Assembly: GCA_013265495.1 (NCBI GenBank)
Contig: MU058065.1
Span: 6,758,302 to 6,822,301 of the forward strand
Length of the DNA stretch: 64,000 nt
Source: Vicugna vicugna
Taxonomy: Eukaryota
Reading direction: 5' to 3'
Shown: positions 25,201 to 38,839 of the stretch, piece after piece
Layout of the letters: each line of letters starts with the position of its first letter
Position numbering within the stretch: position 1 is the first letter of the stretch
Notes under the pieces: model-generated
What the model was told of the DNA's origin: nothing
Databases searched by the model: none
What the model saw: the letters and a program-made list of their open reading frames with translations, nothing else
Position numbers and translations under genes: made by a program

Positions 25201-25875
25201 CTTCAGTTTTTGCAATCTACAGGCCTCCCCTCTCTCTTTGGCTTCTATCTTCCTGCAGCACACTGAAGACTATCTTGTGTAGTTCTTGAAACTAGGTGCT
25301 GAGTCCCATTACTTTCGGGAGGGCTGCCACTGCGAGTTAGTAGGAAGGGATGGGGATGGTACCTGGCCTATAAGTCACAGCATTTCAGAGCTGCAAAAAA
25401 TTTCCCAAGACCATCTAGTCAAGCAGTCTCATTATACAGAGAATGACTGTCCAAGTTCCTTTAAGTCCTCAAAGTTCACACAGCAAGGGAGTAGTATCAA
25501 CACTTTATTCTTTCTAGGGAAAAGAAGGCAGTGACATCCCTCACTGCCTTGTTGAACAGGTCTCTCGCATTTTCATGATTCCCCACTACTCTTGTGCTAG
25601 GTGAACTAAGATGATGGCTAAAGATGATAACATGGTATTTCCAAATTAAAAAAACCCTTCGTTTGTACCATAAAATTAAACCCAAACTTCTAAGGTATTA
25701 TCAGGCAACTTTACACAGCTCACTAAATCCATGGAAAATAAAGACCACACACACACACAAAATTGACAATCAAGAGACAGCACCCCAAATGTCAAAGCTT
25801 ATTTTACGAACAATTTTGTTTTCTATTTTTTTATACTGTGGCTTCTCTTAATAGGGATGAAATAAAGGCACTTAC

Positions 25876-25910
25876 CTGCAAATGTTACTTCTACAGCTTC
25901 TGGTTTGTTT
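25876..25910 (-). CDS. ARPC2: ARPC2 coding exon: NKPEAVEVTFA
   Basis: 35 nt, AAACAAACCAGAAGCTGTAGAAGTAACATTTGCAG; CAG acceptor, GTAAGT donor. Absent from the ORF track. Confidence 0.96.
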
Positions 25911-28900
25911 CTGCAGAACAAAACAAAACTCCTTTAGTTAAGATAACCATATTGCCGCTTGCCTTCACGGGGGCTTATAAAGGTTCCTGAACTTATTTAA
26001 GATAAGACCATTCTGTACAAATCTTATGCTTGTCAGTCTGAGTACAGAACTCATTTTTCTCATGCACCTGAACCTCTGGACTTACTTAAGGTGGAGGATA
26101 AAAAATGGAAGCAGGGCAGATAGAGTTTTTGTTCTCCAGCTTGAATCTGCTGTAGTTGGTGCTCACCTTCAATTCTCAATGCCTTGAGACCATGACAGAC
26201 ACGTTTGTATATGTGACCCACAAAATGCCCTCTTTTGGTCAAGGTCTCCCCCACCAGATAGCAGTGATAGAGGTAGCACATTCAGCAGGAAAACTGCTAA
26301 AGAGCACGTCACATGGTTTAAATTTACTTAAAGAGAAAGGATGATTTCAGGCCATAAAACAATACAGACAGTTCTATTCCATTTCAAAGACAATCTGTAA
26401 GTCTTGCTACATATCTTTCCCTCTTCCTCATGTCACTGAAGTACTCACCACTCTCCTATGTGAAGCCCTCTTTGGTTCTACCCTAGCTTTTTTGGTTTTG
26501 TTTTTAAACTCCAGTGTTGTACTTACACAAAGTGTAGCACAAAGTAACACTGAAATCACTGAGAACAGTCAGGACACCTGCTTTACAGTTTTAGTATTTT
26601 CATCAGGACCATGCTTTCAGACAAATCCACACCTGCACGCTTCATTTTCTCACTTATTCATCTATAAAATGGGAGAACACAAGTGATCCTAACTACCACA
26701 CACAACTGCTAAAGATAAAACAAGAGAATAGACACGGAAGAACTTATCCTGGAAGGCAATGACAGCCTAACACTTTCTGTGTGCCTCGTTGCTGAGCCTG
26801 GTACATGGACTTCTATTTGATAAATGCTGCTGAGTTATTACCTAGAAAGCATGACGTACATCCTAGCTATGAACAATAACGGTCAATTAACCCCTCAGTG
26901 AAAAGCTACTTTTACGCTTTTCCTCACTTCTGCCCAAAGCCCAATGGTAGGTAACCAACGAAGACTCTGCAGTTTTATCAGCTAATGACCTATAACTCAA
27001 ATGATTCCACTTTGTTTTATGGGCCAGCAGACAAATATACACATTTTTACATTTATTCTTGCCTAACTTGCTCAAGACCTCACAGTCAAGTGCATATCTT
27101 TTATACTATCTCCGCTCCTGCACCTGTAAAAGGAACCGACTGAGTTGCCCTCCAGAGTTGCTGGGAAATAATGGAATAAATAACGTGGTTTATGACCGTT
27201 AAAAAGCTGCTGCAGAGCTAAACCATCCAGTTCAAGGAAACTGGCTTCTATTAAGCATATGTTAGCCCTGTTGTAAAATCAACCTATACAAATCACAGAG
27301 TTCTACCCTGCTTCTTCAAAGCCATCCATATGTGACTTAAGAAAAGCACTTGGGTGTCTGAGAAACAAGCATCAAGTGTGTTTATGGAGAAGCAGTGAGT
27401 TCAGAATATAATGAAAAGAACTGGATGAAAATTTAAGCTGTTTCTGATCTTTCATTTGAAATTGCAGTCAGGAGACAAAGGCAATGAATGGCCAACCACC
27501 ATTCCTCACCTGGAGAAAACAACAGCAAAAGAAGAAGTACAAACATTAACCTACCGTCCATTTGAATGAAACATTAAGAGGCTGCCCTGAAGCACTGAGG
27601 TACATTTTCCCAAGGAAGGCTGGCTGTGCCAAAGAGGCAGGGTGGAGGCTTATAAAAGTCCATGTTGCATCACTTAGTAGTCAGCTGTTTTTTTTTTTCT
27701 TCTTTCTTTCTTTTTTAACCTTTAGGCTTTAATTCAGTCAAGGAAGGACTGAGTTCCTCACTCTCCCACTTCACCAACAGACCAAGAAAAATCAACTATA
27801 GATAAAGACATTTAGGTTCTAAGCTATAAACTTTTGACTCTGAAATTTTGAATCTCTTTAGGCTGTGAAGTTCCCTGAGCACAGATCCCCACTGGGAGAA
27901 GTTGCTGAGATCTATACTAAGTAGTTTGCTGCCTGACTTGGGAATATTTGTCAAATCATTGCCATTAATATTTTAATTTACTATTTATGGCTGCATAAGG
28001 TTGCAGAGTAGAGAGGCAGGCTGCTCAGGAGAGCACTGCGCCAAAGGAGTCTTCCCAAGAAGTCATCTGGGAGTTAGAGGTCCAAGTACTCTGCACCCCA
28101 ACAAAGAGACTGCACAGAGTGGGAAATATACCACAACAAGACTGTGCTCAATTCCAAGACCAGGTGTTAGTTACTTACTTTTGTGGATTAAAATCATGGA
28201 GCTAGATGGGAGTAAGATTGGTCTGGGAGAAAGTGTACCATTTAATAGGCCCAAAAGATAAATGGTTATTTTCTGTCCTACTAGCTGCTAAAATTTCAGA
28301 TGCTGGGGGTGAGTTTAATCACAGAAAAAGCAAGCCCTTCAAAGTTGACTGTTCACGTCAAGTTCTGTCACTTACTGGCTCTGTAACCACAAGCAATGTT
28401 ACTCAAATTGTTACTCAAATGTCAGCGGACCTAACGTTCCTTTTTTAGAAAATGGAGATCAAAAATATCTACCACCCAAGGTTGCTATGAAGACTAACTA
28501 AGATGCTATGTGGACAGCAGTTTCCCAACCAGCGTCTTGTGACTAAATTACAGATATGCTGAGATAATAATCCCCACAGCCCCTAGGGCAGCCCAGTGGC
28601 AGAACCTCCAGGCTAGACCATTTACCCAGATGCCATTCAGATAGTGTCATGTTGTGTACGTGACATATCATAAACAAGGTCAGGAATCATCAGTGAAGGT
28701 TGCCTGCACAACGCTTAACACATATGTCTACTCCCTCAGCAACTCCCAAGAGCCCCAGTTTCCTCAACTGTAAACTGAAACTGCTATTTGTCACATGGGC
28801 ACATTCTGAAATGTGACCATGTTATAGTTCATAGCAAAGGGCCTGGTTCATAGAAGGTGATCAAAGAATTAATTTTTCTTCTAGGTAAGAGTCAAAGGAG

Positions 28901-30906
28901 ACCAGACTTTGAAGCCATGGTTGGGAGGTTTTGGGATTGTGTTAACTTCCAGAATCAGGAACTGGTCAGCAGTACAAGGAGAAATAGAATCACCTATCAG
29001 ACTGTTGAAATGTCTGGAATCCTAGAACAAGCCAGCTGGATAAATCCTCAAGGTTACTGACTGTGCAGCACAAGGCACTAAAACATACTCAATTCATTCC
29101 AATGGGTTCAAAGAGCTATTCTTAAAATCCTTTAAAATTTTTTCTTCTATCCTTTTCCTAAGGAAGCTTCTAGAATGTCACTAGTCAGTCAATAAAGAAC
29201 TCCTGGCAACTGTATTATCCAATCCTCTATTTTCATTAAGGATTTTGGGGTTTTTACTTCTCAGTGCATCCAGTTCCCCATTTGGGCATTTATGTCTCTC
29301 TTCTAGTTATCTCTTTCATGAGCTGAATTAGAGGAATTCTGCCCGTTATCTCACTATAAAGGTTTTTGATCACTCTCCTTTAAGTCTTCTCTAAGGCTCT
29401 CATCATCTTTTTTAAGCAAAACCTACAAAGTGGATCTTATTAGGTAAGAGGTAGTCCTACTCTCTGTTAAGCCATGTCTCAAAATAAGGAGAACAAAGAG
29501 AGTCTAACAGCTAAGTCACACAATGTCAGAAAAATGATAAGATCCTGAAGAAACTAAGAACCATTCAGTCTGGCTCCATCCATTCCTTCAAGAAAACACT
29601 TACTGAGCCAATTCTCCACACACTGAGAATGCTGTGGAAACAATGACAACTAAAATGATAGACCCTGCCCCTAAGCAGTCACAGGTTTGGTGGAGTGTAG
29701 CTCTGGGGCTTCATGCCTAAAGTGGTCCCAAGGCAGCCAGAGGATGGGCAGCAGTGTGTAACTATAGTGTCCTGTAAAAAGACCAACCAGATGGTCTCAG
29801 CAAGTAAGCCACTACATTCAATCTCTTCAAAATCCTTAAACAATGTCCTAATTCCAAATCACTTCTAACCAGCCTGTCTCTCTGAGGACATATGCAGCAT
29901 ATTTGGGAATGAGAACAAGGTATCAGCAAGATTTAATTTTATTCCTTTCTCAAATTTCTCCTCCCACAGTCCTCGCCCACCCGACCTGGCACAGCTTGCT
30001 TACTGAGCTTCATTCCCCCTTACGGAACCACGGCTTCCCACAATATGCACAGCTGTGGCAAGGAGCCAGCATGCACTTAAAATCAAGAGCAATTCGCATC
30101 TGACAGTATTTCTTCAATTCTGGACTCCAGTCTCTAGCCAAGTTGACAAGCCTAGCTTCTGAGGCTGTAAAGGTTCTTGGTGTGCATATACTAACAAAAG
30201 AATTCAATTAATTTGCCAGATTAGTTATGCTTTAATTGGGGGTCTGGGTAAGAATTCCTAAATGAAAAGGAACACTGTTGACAAGACCTGCATGCGAGGT
30301 TATCTGCAGTGTTGAGTACAGCTTCTTAATTAGTCACATTCTCTTAGTTTGAAGGCTGTTGGGAAGATAATTTACCAATAATTATCATTTTGTGAATATA
30401 TATAAATCATTCCAATAAGCCACCTTCCCAGGAGTGCAGTAGGAAAAAACAAAATAATTTGTTTAGAATGAATCTTAGGCTTTGTCAGAACTGTCTCCAA
30501 ATTAAAAGGCTGTCATGACCAAATGTATTCTTACACAGTTTAGATGACAGAGCTGCTTTACCTGAAGGAAATTTAGACTTTTAGTAGGATGTTGCAGGCA
30601 AGAAGATCCAGCGGGATGATCTGAGAAGTATTGTTTTTTGTTTCTTTTTGGTTTCACACTGTATAAACCCCCTTCAGTACTCACAGCCCACAGGTAAGGA
30701 GGCTGGGCAATGGTTCAAGGCTGCAATTTTCTGTGGCATGGGTACACTATGAGAGGCCCACAGAGGAGGACCTGCCATAAATCCATTACCATGCTCTGAG
30801 AGGCATCATTTTAAAAAAAAAGCAACCTCAAAAGGAAAATTACCACAACTGTATTCTGAAGTATGTATCACAGACTATGACATTCTTATACTTTCAGTAG
30901 CTGGAA

Positions 30907-31116
30907 CAGTGTCATCCAATAGGACTGTCTGCAATAATGGAAATGTTCTACATCTGTGCTGCCCAAATACGGCAGCTACTGGCCACATGTGGCAACTGAG
31001 CCCTAGAACTGTGGCTAGTGTGACTGAGGAGCTTAATTTTAATTCACTTTAATTAATTTCTATTTAAACTTAACTAGCCACATGTAGCTAATGGCTATCC
31101 TTATTGGACACCGCAG
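30907..31116. mobile_element. MER3 (hAT-Charlie non-autonomous DNA transposon)
   Basis: ~210 bp with inverted ends (cagtgtcatccaatag ... ttattggacaccgcag) and the internal 'gccacatgtggc' palindrome. Decayed 8-bp TSD agctggaa / agtcggaa. Confidence 0.85.
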
Positions 31117-33545
31117 AGTCGGAAGATTAACTCTAGGGAAGGCTGCTCTGAACCCATTTTCCCCAATTGGTTTGCTGAGAAGTGTAAAGCAGGGTGGAAC
31201 TGACCTCTCCCAGGAGGTTCCTAGGTGGGCAAAGCCTTTAAAATCTCTAAGATTTCTCCCCAAAGCTACTGCCTTTCTTTAATGTCTTTCTCTGATCTCC
31301 ACCCCATCTCACCCCTTAGCTCCTCTGTAACTGTGCCAATGGACTCTCTCAGAAAGGCTCCCCTCTTCTGTTCCTGCCTGGTGCCGAGCACTGGTAGAAC
31401 CTCATAAATGTTTATAGTTCTCTAGTTATCATTCTCTGGAAGTTCTGGCTAGGCATGTGCCTTGGTAAATACTTAACTACTTCACTGCTGCCTCACCTTA
31501 CTGGTGTGCCTGGAAATTCTTCTGCTAGGTGTTACATCTGCAATCCCAGGAAAGTCTTACCTCCTAGGCTGAATATCATGGTCTCTTTCAGAGATTTTCA
31601 AAGTGCTTTTCAGCAGAGTATGTTCTGAGTCCACTTATTTAAAGTCACATCTCAAAAGGAAGACAGGCCAGAATAAAAGCCAAAACTTGGTGCCCTGCCC
31701 CAATATTCAACATTGCTACAACATACACTTTCTGTTAAAGACAAAAAACTCTCAGAAGTTATGCCTTCCAGATTTGAGTGCCTACTTTACTCTAGCTGAA
31801 ATGGTCAGCTGTTCTTTTTAAGAATAATGTTCTAAAAGGAAAAGACCTGAAGCTCTGAATAATGGACTACATGTCAGAATCACAAGTTACTCATACACAA
31901 GTAGATGTGAACAAACTTCTACACTACAAGGCATGCTTCTACTTGAAAATGCACAGGGATTTATCTTGTAGATCAGCTTATAACCACTCAGGTCTCATAT
32001 TTTTGCTAGTCTAAACTTGAGAATTCACTTAAGATCAGCTGCGAAAATGCAGAAGTTAGCTTAACTTCCTCCTATGTGCTACACTGCTCAAAAGTTCAGA
32101 GCAATCACCCAAAATAAGTCGCTAAGCTGATTTGCCTGAACACTTAAAATGCAAAGGAACTAGTAAGCGAGGCTGAAGATGAGAAGCAACTTAGCCTAAA
32201 ATATAAGCAACTGCAGCCTCTGGCAGGAAACAGTAGCTACTGATGTTCAAGCAAAGTCGGGCTTTGCTTTACAGATAAAATCTGCGGCCTTATAAAAGAC
32301 AGGAGACATAATATGTTCAATTTAAGCAGTGGTCTAGAAATAATATTTTTTTAGTGCCTCCAAACCACAAGTTCATTATGTCTATTTAGAATTTTCCCTC
32401 CACCAATCCTCTTCCATCTGTGGCTCTCCAAGCACTTTCCTATTACTAGTTCCCAGTTCATCAGAAACAGTTTGTACTTACTTCCTCCACTGTGTAACCA
32501 AGATGTGAAGTCCCATTCTCACACATGGGGAAATGAGGCAAAGGGACTGGCCACAGGCCACCAAAAATTAGAAGCTAAAACCAAATCCTTGGTTCATTTT
32601 TTAAAAATTATGTTAGAAAAGCAAAGCAGCTTTGGGGGAGGAGGTTGTCTTCTACTGATTCTTGTGTCTGACACAGAAGGCTGCCTTTGATACACACCGT
32701 AAGTCCACTTTTTAAAAGGCCAGTGGTTAAAAAGAGAGTATATAAGGACTTTACAGACTCGAGGCTTTTAAGTGTGTACTGTGGTCAGAATTACCATAGA
32801 AGAAATCACAGACCAGGGGCATGGTATAAGAATTAAAAGATTAACAGCCAGATAGAGGATACTGGGTAGGGGAAGGAGAATTAGAACCTCCGAAGAGTGA
32901 TAAGGAAGGGGTGTGGACTGGAAGGGGGGGGTACTATTAACTTTGCTTGAGAAATATAACAATATAGCCAGTGCCTTCCACAGCAGGGTTCGGGGAAGGA
33001 AAACTAGAGATCGCGTTTTGCGGCTGCAGGACCCCGGGCCTGCCTTCAGTCCTCCCTCCGGCTCCTTTTGACTAGGAGGTGGGGGTGGGGAGGGAGAGGG
33101 CTGGTGGTGATCTGGGCCTGCATCTTCAGTCCTGGGAATTCCTGAAAACTCTTTCCAACCCAATCCTAAGTGGACTCTCTCCGGGTTCTGAACAATGACG
33201 GGAATACAGAGGGAAGTGGTCCGCTGCTCGCTCTGGAGGGCAAAGGGGTCTCCAGCGAGAGTTCTGGCCCAAGCTGTCCTCACGTCCCACAGGTCTGATG
33301 CCCTTTGGCACGCGCACTCCTGTCCACTCATTGCTTCCGCATCCCTTCTCTGAGCCTCTCCCCACGCATCTCTGCCCCTCACCCCACCGAGCCCAATCAC
33401 CTCCCACGTCTACCCTGCCGGGGCACTCCCCACACCTGGCCAGGTCCCCCACCTCCTTCCTCTATGTCTGGGGGCGCTGAGCGAATTAGCAGGAGTCAAC
33501 TCTGCCTCCCCTTCCCCGACCTGCCGGCCCCGGGCGCGCGCTCAC

Positions 33546-33619
33546 CCGGCGGCCGCGTTCTCGAACTTGAGAGCGAGCGTCTCCTCGATGATGCGGTTGT
33601 TCACCTCCAGAAGGATCAT
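33546..33619 (-). CDS. ARPC2: ARPC2 first coding exon: [25 protein letters not shown] (the exon spans 33546-33627)
   Basis: ATG at 33619-33617 in the Kozak context GCCGCCGCCATG. CAG acceptor 8 nt upstream of the ATG; GTGAGC donor. Confidence 0.98.
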
Positions 33620-33841
33620 GGCGGCGGCTGCCCCGGACAGGGGAAGGAGAAACAAGGGCGGTGAGGGTGGGTAAGGGAGGAAAGGACGGAGGGAGCGGCC
33701 CTGCTGCTCCCTGAGGAGGGGGGCTGGGTGGGGTAAGAGGTTAGAGGAGAAGGGGAAAGGGACAGGGGTGGGGAAAAGGGGATGACGCGCGCGCTGGCCC
33801 GCGCACGCACTGACTGTGGAGAACCCACCCACCCGACCGAC

Positions 33842-33960
33842 CTGGCCCCTGAAGCCTGAACCCGCCTGCCGAGCCGCCGCCGCCGCTGCCGCCTCACCGA
33901 CAAGCCCGGTCCCCGCCCAGCCCCCGGCTCTAGCCGGCCACTTCCGCTCTCACACCCACT
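33842..33960 (-). other. ARPC2: ARPC2 non-coding exon 1 (TSS approximate)
   Basis: Donor CCAG|GTCGGT at 33842/33841 defines a 214-nt intron whose 3' half is a long pyrimidine tract. Consistent with the human gene structure as I recall it. Confidence 0.7.
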
Positions 33961-34959
33961 TCCGCTCGCCGCCCGGACGCGCGGCCCCGTGGCGCCATTT
34001 CCGCTTTGACCCCTCGTGCACGCGCACGCAGGCGCGCCCGGTGAGGGCGGAGGCCGCGTTTGCGCACGCGCCCGCCACTCCCAGCGCCACTTTCTCATAG
34101 ACCAGCTCACCACCAGCCGCTGCAAATGTGTCTTCCGGTTGGCTGTCATTCCCCGAGGCCTGCCTCACTGCCCAGCGCCTCCCTCCCGCTCTTCCCAAAG
34201 GATCCTTCTTGTCTTGTAATTTCAGACACCCTGCAAGAAGCTCGCCCTTGTCATCTCCCCGCCGGCTTCTTTGCTCTCAGCTTGTTTGTTGTCGGTGTGC
34301 CCATTCCTCGGTGTCACGCTAATGACTGTCCAGCGGCATCATCGCATATTCATTCTTCAACAGATGTTTAGTGGACTCCTGCTGTGTGCTGGGGATACAG
34401 TGGCGCATGCAGGAGATGAGGTCCCGCCCTCGTGGGGCTTATAGTCTGGTAAAGGAAACGGACAGCAGACTCCCAAGTAACTACAAATAGTTAAAAGGGC
34501 AAGGAAGAAAAGGGATGAGAAGTTACCCAAGTGGGTTCCTGTCATGTTTCCATTTCTGTGCCTGGAGCTGCCTCCAGGTGCCCCGAACGTAAATCACTGC
34601 TTTTGAAACCCTTACCTTCCAGTACCTCTTCTTCTTGCCAGAGACATACTTTTTTACTCATCCGCGTGCGGAAAATGAACTCATTTTTGTGCTGAGTCGG
34701 TACCCTGTCTGTGTGCCTTGTTCTGTATTTTTCTCTCTCCAGGGAGACTATAACAAATTTAGTTGAGCCCTTTTTACATGTATTGATTTATTTTATCCTA
34801 AGTGTTCTTAGGGAAGGGGTGAGGGTGGAAAATGCAAAAATGAACCAAAAAACTAGCCCTTGTTATCGAGGCGTAGACAGCACTTCAAAACGGATTTCTT
34901 TACTCACTGGCCATGGATAAACTTCGAGACGTTGCAGATACCCCCAAATTATATGCTAA

Positions 34960-36800
34960 CGTTTTAACATTGTTTATTGAACTAAAATGAATGCAGATAC
35001 ATCGTTTAGAAATACATATATATGTTGAAAAGCTTGTAAGGGAAAAAGCAGTTCCCTGGTCTACTCTTTTTTTTTCTCTACATACTTAAATTTTTTTTCA
35101 GTTTTATTAGGCAGAATTGTTACCTTTTGACTGCACATATGCAATGTATCCCAGTGTACTTTTTAGAGGCAACAGTGTCAACTCTTTTACGTATTTATCC
35201 AGATTAGATCCATGTATCTAAGTAAGTGCTTGTATTACTAATTCTTGACTCGTTAATTTTAAGGATCATTTGTTGACTTCCTACCATGATAAATAAGAAC
35301 ATGACCTTATCATTTCTGTTCTCCACCTCCACGGTGATGTAACAATTTTTAATAAAACCAATAATCAACATTTAAATTATGCATGCAAATATTGTTTACC
35401 AATGAGCCAATGTGTGATACAACCATGCCTTCTAGCTTATACAGCCCTTCATTATTTTTTAAAGAGTTAATTATTGCCTTTCCCCTCTCAATTGTCAATT
35501 TTCTATATTATCTGGGATTGGCTGCCTTCACCACTGCAAATGCTCTAAGACTGCTCAAAAGTCTAGCAATATTTTCCATATGCTCAAATGCCTAAGTTCC
35601 TTCCTCCCCACCCCCGAATTCTTGTCCTACAGCCTCCTTCCTCTTGTTTCAATCTAGACTGACTGCTCTCTGGACTTGCTGTACAGTTGTCATTCTGGGA
35701 TTTTCCTTCGTTGCTGTTCTGGGCTCGTTTTGCCCATTTCCTGGATCACATGCCTTCTTTCTTGGTTTACTTCCTTGTTTTGCTAAATCATCTCCTCTAG
35801 TAACTTTGTAAGGAAGAGAGATAGAGGATATGTTATTGGAATCTTTGCATATTTTAAAGTATCTTTATTCTAACACTTGATTTATAGTTGGGGTGGTTAT
35901 TGAATCCAAGTTTGAAAATAATCTGTCATAATTTTGAAGGGATTATTCATTTTCTTCCACCTTCTGGGGTTGCTATTGTAAAAAATGTGATTCCTATTTA
36001 TATTCCTGATCCTTTGTATGTAAACTCTTCTCCATCTTTGGAAGCATTAGAATTTTCTCTTTAAGCTGTTGGTTGGAAATTTTATAATGATGTGCTTTGC
36101 TGTGACTCAATTTTTTTGTACTGGGTATTCATTCAAAATGGAAACCCATGTACTTCAGTTTTGGAGGAAATTTTCTTTATTTTCTTGATAATTTCTTCTC
36201 TACTTTCTTTCTTTCTTTTTTCTGGAATGTATATTATTTAGAAGTTAGATTTCTGGATTGATCCTTTCATTTTTTTCCTTCTATTTTCTGTTTCTTTGGG
36301 TTTGTTTATTTTTATTTTTAATTGTGGTAAATATACAAAACATAACATTTATCATCTTAACCATTTCTGAGTGTACAGTTCAGTAGTGTTAAGTTTATTC
36401 ACATTGTAATGCAACCAATCTCAAAAACTCTTTTCATCTTGCAAAGCTGAAAGTCTGTACCCATGGCTTGTTTTTGTTGTTTTATTTTTCTGAGATATTT
36501 CCTTGTCATTATCTTCAACCATTTTAAGTTTCGGTTTTCTTATTTTTAATTCCCAAGACCTTTCTCCCCAACTCCCCTTCCCATGTTATTCTATCCTTTT
36601 GTTATGGACAGGAATATATTCAGTCTTTCTGAGGATACTATAGTGTGTTTGTTTTTAGTTTTTCCTTCTCCTCTTTTCTTTGATCTATTTTTGGGTTTTT
36701 TTTTAATGCTTATTTTTTGGGTCTCTCTCATTTATGGTAATAGCTATCTTTAAAAGTCTGGCTACTTTAGCAGCCTGTTCACATTTAGGAATGAGACTCC
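34960..36800 (-). mobile_element. Highly decayed L1M fragments, with an L1MB-like 3' end at ~36305-36463
   Basis: T-rich antisense L1 sequence. 'attgtggtaaatatacaaaacataacatttatcatcttaaccatttctgagtgtacagttcagtagtgttaagt' is a typical L1MB terminus. Confidence 0.7.
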
Positions 36801-37419
36801 AAAAAGCTGAGTGAAGGCTGAGTGTGTGGGCAAGATGAATTGACTAGCACCTTACTATTCAAAAGGGACCAGCAGCATTGGCTTCATTTGGGAGATTTTT
36901 GGAAATATGAATTTTAAGTCCCACTATAAACTACAGATTTAGGTTCTGCACTTTAACAAGGTCACTAGGTGATTCAAATGCACATTGTGTTGTGAGAAGC
37001 ACAGGATTAATGGGCTTCACTATAAGGGGCAGCAATGATATGCCAGATTTCACTGGGGGCCCACAAATGTCCATATTGGGAAGTCTTTTATCCAGAGAAG
37101 GATTCTCCAGTTGCTTGGGGCCTATCAACTTGGCTGTGCATGTTCATAGGGTCTTAAGAATGCTTTTTAAGTTCCAGCTGACTTCCACTTAATTCCATTA
37201 TAAGATCTATGCTCCCCTCCCCCCACTGCCTTCCACTGGGCTGGAGTCTATAGAAAACGAATCTCTGGTGGTAGAGATGGAGGAAGGGGGTTCAGATGGA
37301 GGAAGACGTAGAAATGGAATTGGAAAGGGGATAATCACTTGACTACTTGGGGACCTAAAATGTCAAAGGTTTTTTATCAACATTTTCAACCAATCTTCCC
37401 ATTTTCTTCATCTTGCTTT

Positions 37420-38200
37420 TGGTTTATTTAAACTTATGACTAATTGAACAAATATCTTTGTCCTACCACCCAGCTTTCTTGAGTCTTAACGTTTTATAAT
37501 TAAACTTGCTTCAGAGCTTTTTTAAAAAAACAAATACAGTTGAAATTTCCTGTGAACCCCACCCGATTCTATACCTTTTTCTCCTTCCTGCCCCTTGTCT
37601 TCAAAGAGAACTGTTACTTTGCATTTAGTGTTACCCTTCCCATGCATGTTTTTACACTTTTACTACATATGCATGTATCCATAAACAATGTATAGCATAT
37701 TTTGCATGATTTTAAGCTTGTGGTAAATAGTATCATTTTGTAACCTCCTTTTGAAACTTATTTCTTTTAGTCAGCAATATGTTTTTGAGATTTACCCATA
37801 TTGTGACATGTAGCTATTTTAGCTGCGATGTAGTATTCAAATGTATGATTATATGTTATGATTATTAAAGTATTTATCCATTCTCCTATTGAAGGATACT
37901 AAAGTTCGTCCCAGTATTTTTGCTATTACAAGCAACACCGTATGGAACATTCTTTTACATATTTCCTGTGTACAACAGGTGTGAAAGTTTCTTTAGAGTA
38001 TATCCCTAGGAATGTTAACTATTGAGATGTGGACTATGGACATCTTCAACTTTGCCAGATGTTGCAAAGCTGCTCTGCAAAGTAGTTGTACCAATTTATA
38101 CCTCCACTAGTAATATATGAGGCTTCTCATTGCTCCTTGTCCTTGTTAGCACTTGGCATTGTGAGACTTTAAATGGATGAATATGAAAAAACACCTGATT
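37420..38200 (-). mobile_element. L1ME-like 3' fragment
   Basis: 'atgtttttgagatttacccatattgtgacatgtagct', 'tatttatccattctcctattga', 'agttgtaccaatttatacctccactagtaatatatgag'. Confidence 0.8.
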
Positions 38201-38349
38201 GTTTTTAAAATAAGAGTGAGCCAGGTAGATAGAGAGGCATGCATAGAGGCTTGGAGGCAAGAGAACATGACATCTTGCAGAAAGTAAAAGTAGATCTGTG
38301 AGTTGTGGGGTGGAGCTGGAAGGGGAAAGTGCTAAGAGATGGAGACACA

Positions 38350-38595
38350 ATAATAGCTAACATTTATTCAGGTTGAAGATTTATTCTGTGCTAGGTGCTG
38401 TGCTAAATACTCTACATGTATCTCATTGAATTCTTGTGACAACTCTAAGAAGTATGTACTACTATTAGTTCATGTTATAGATGATGAACTGAGATGCTGA
38501 TAGTCTAAAAATGTATCCAAAGTAACATATGTGGCTGGTCATTAAACTGTGATTTAGATTCCAGATATCATGCTCTTGACCACTATGCAATACTG
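38350..38595 (-). mobile_element. MIR SINE, near full length
   Basis: 'taatagctaacatttatt...tgtgctaggtgctgtgctaaatactctacatgtatctcatt...atagatgatgaactgag...atgctcttgaccactatgc'. Confidence 0.85.
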
Positions 38596-38839
38596 GTACA
38601 CAGTACTGAACTGGATAGTTCTGCACTTTAGTTTTAAGTATGATAATATCAGAGTATAGGAAACTGGACCTGATACTTCAGTTAAAATTAATGACAACTT
38701 CTTGACTGAACCTTCATCTTGCTGAAACCTGATGGCCAAAGTAGGGAAAGTGACTGCTCTAAAACAGCCATAAATTTGCTGCTTTCAGTCTTAAAGACAG
38801 AAGCTAGAGTTCATCTTGGGGTTAGGGAGCTGGAATCAA

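Larger units (their letters stand above)
6030..33960 (-). other. ARPC2: ARPC2 gene span (Arp2/3 complex subunit 2, p34-Arc): 11 exons, 10 coding
   Basis: Coding exons of 74+35+113+46+187+94+127+101+101+25 = 903 nt splice in frame into [15 protein letters not shown]...KTITGKTFSSR*. All introns are GT-AG. Gene ends are approximate. Confidence 0.98.
33000..34350. promoter_or_regulatory. ARPC2: CpG island / ARPC2 housekeeping promoter
   Basis: Sharp local rise in GC and CpG content. GC boxes (33911-33918), tandem ETS sites CCACTTCCGCTC (33938-33949, 33956-33967), NRF1-like TGCGCACGCGC (34061-34071). No obvious TATA box. Confidence 0.9.

Noticed and set aside
32768..34371. Cluster of 60-210 aa ORFs around the ARPC2 promoter, including 33616..34149 whose stop overlaps the ARPC2 ATG
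   Set aside because: Expected in a stop-poor CpG island. The products are low-complexity, and the ATG at 34149 is probably upstream of the TSS.
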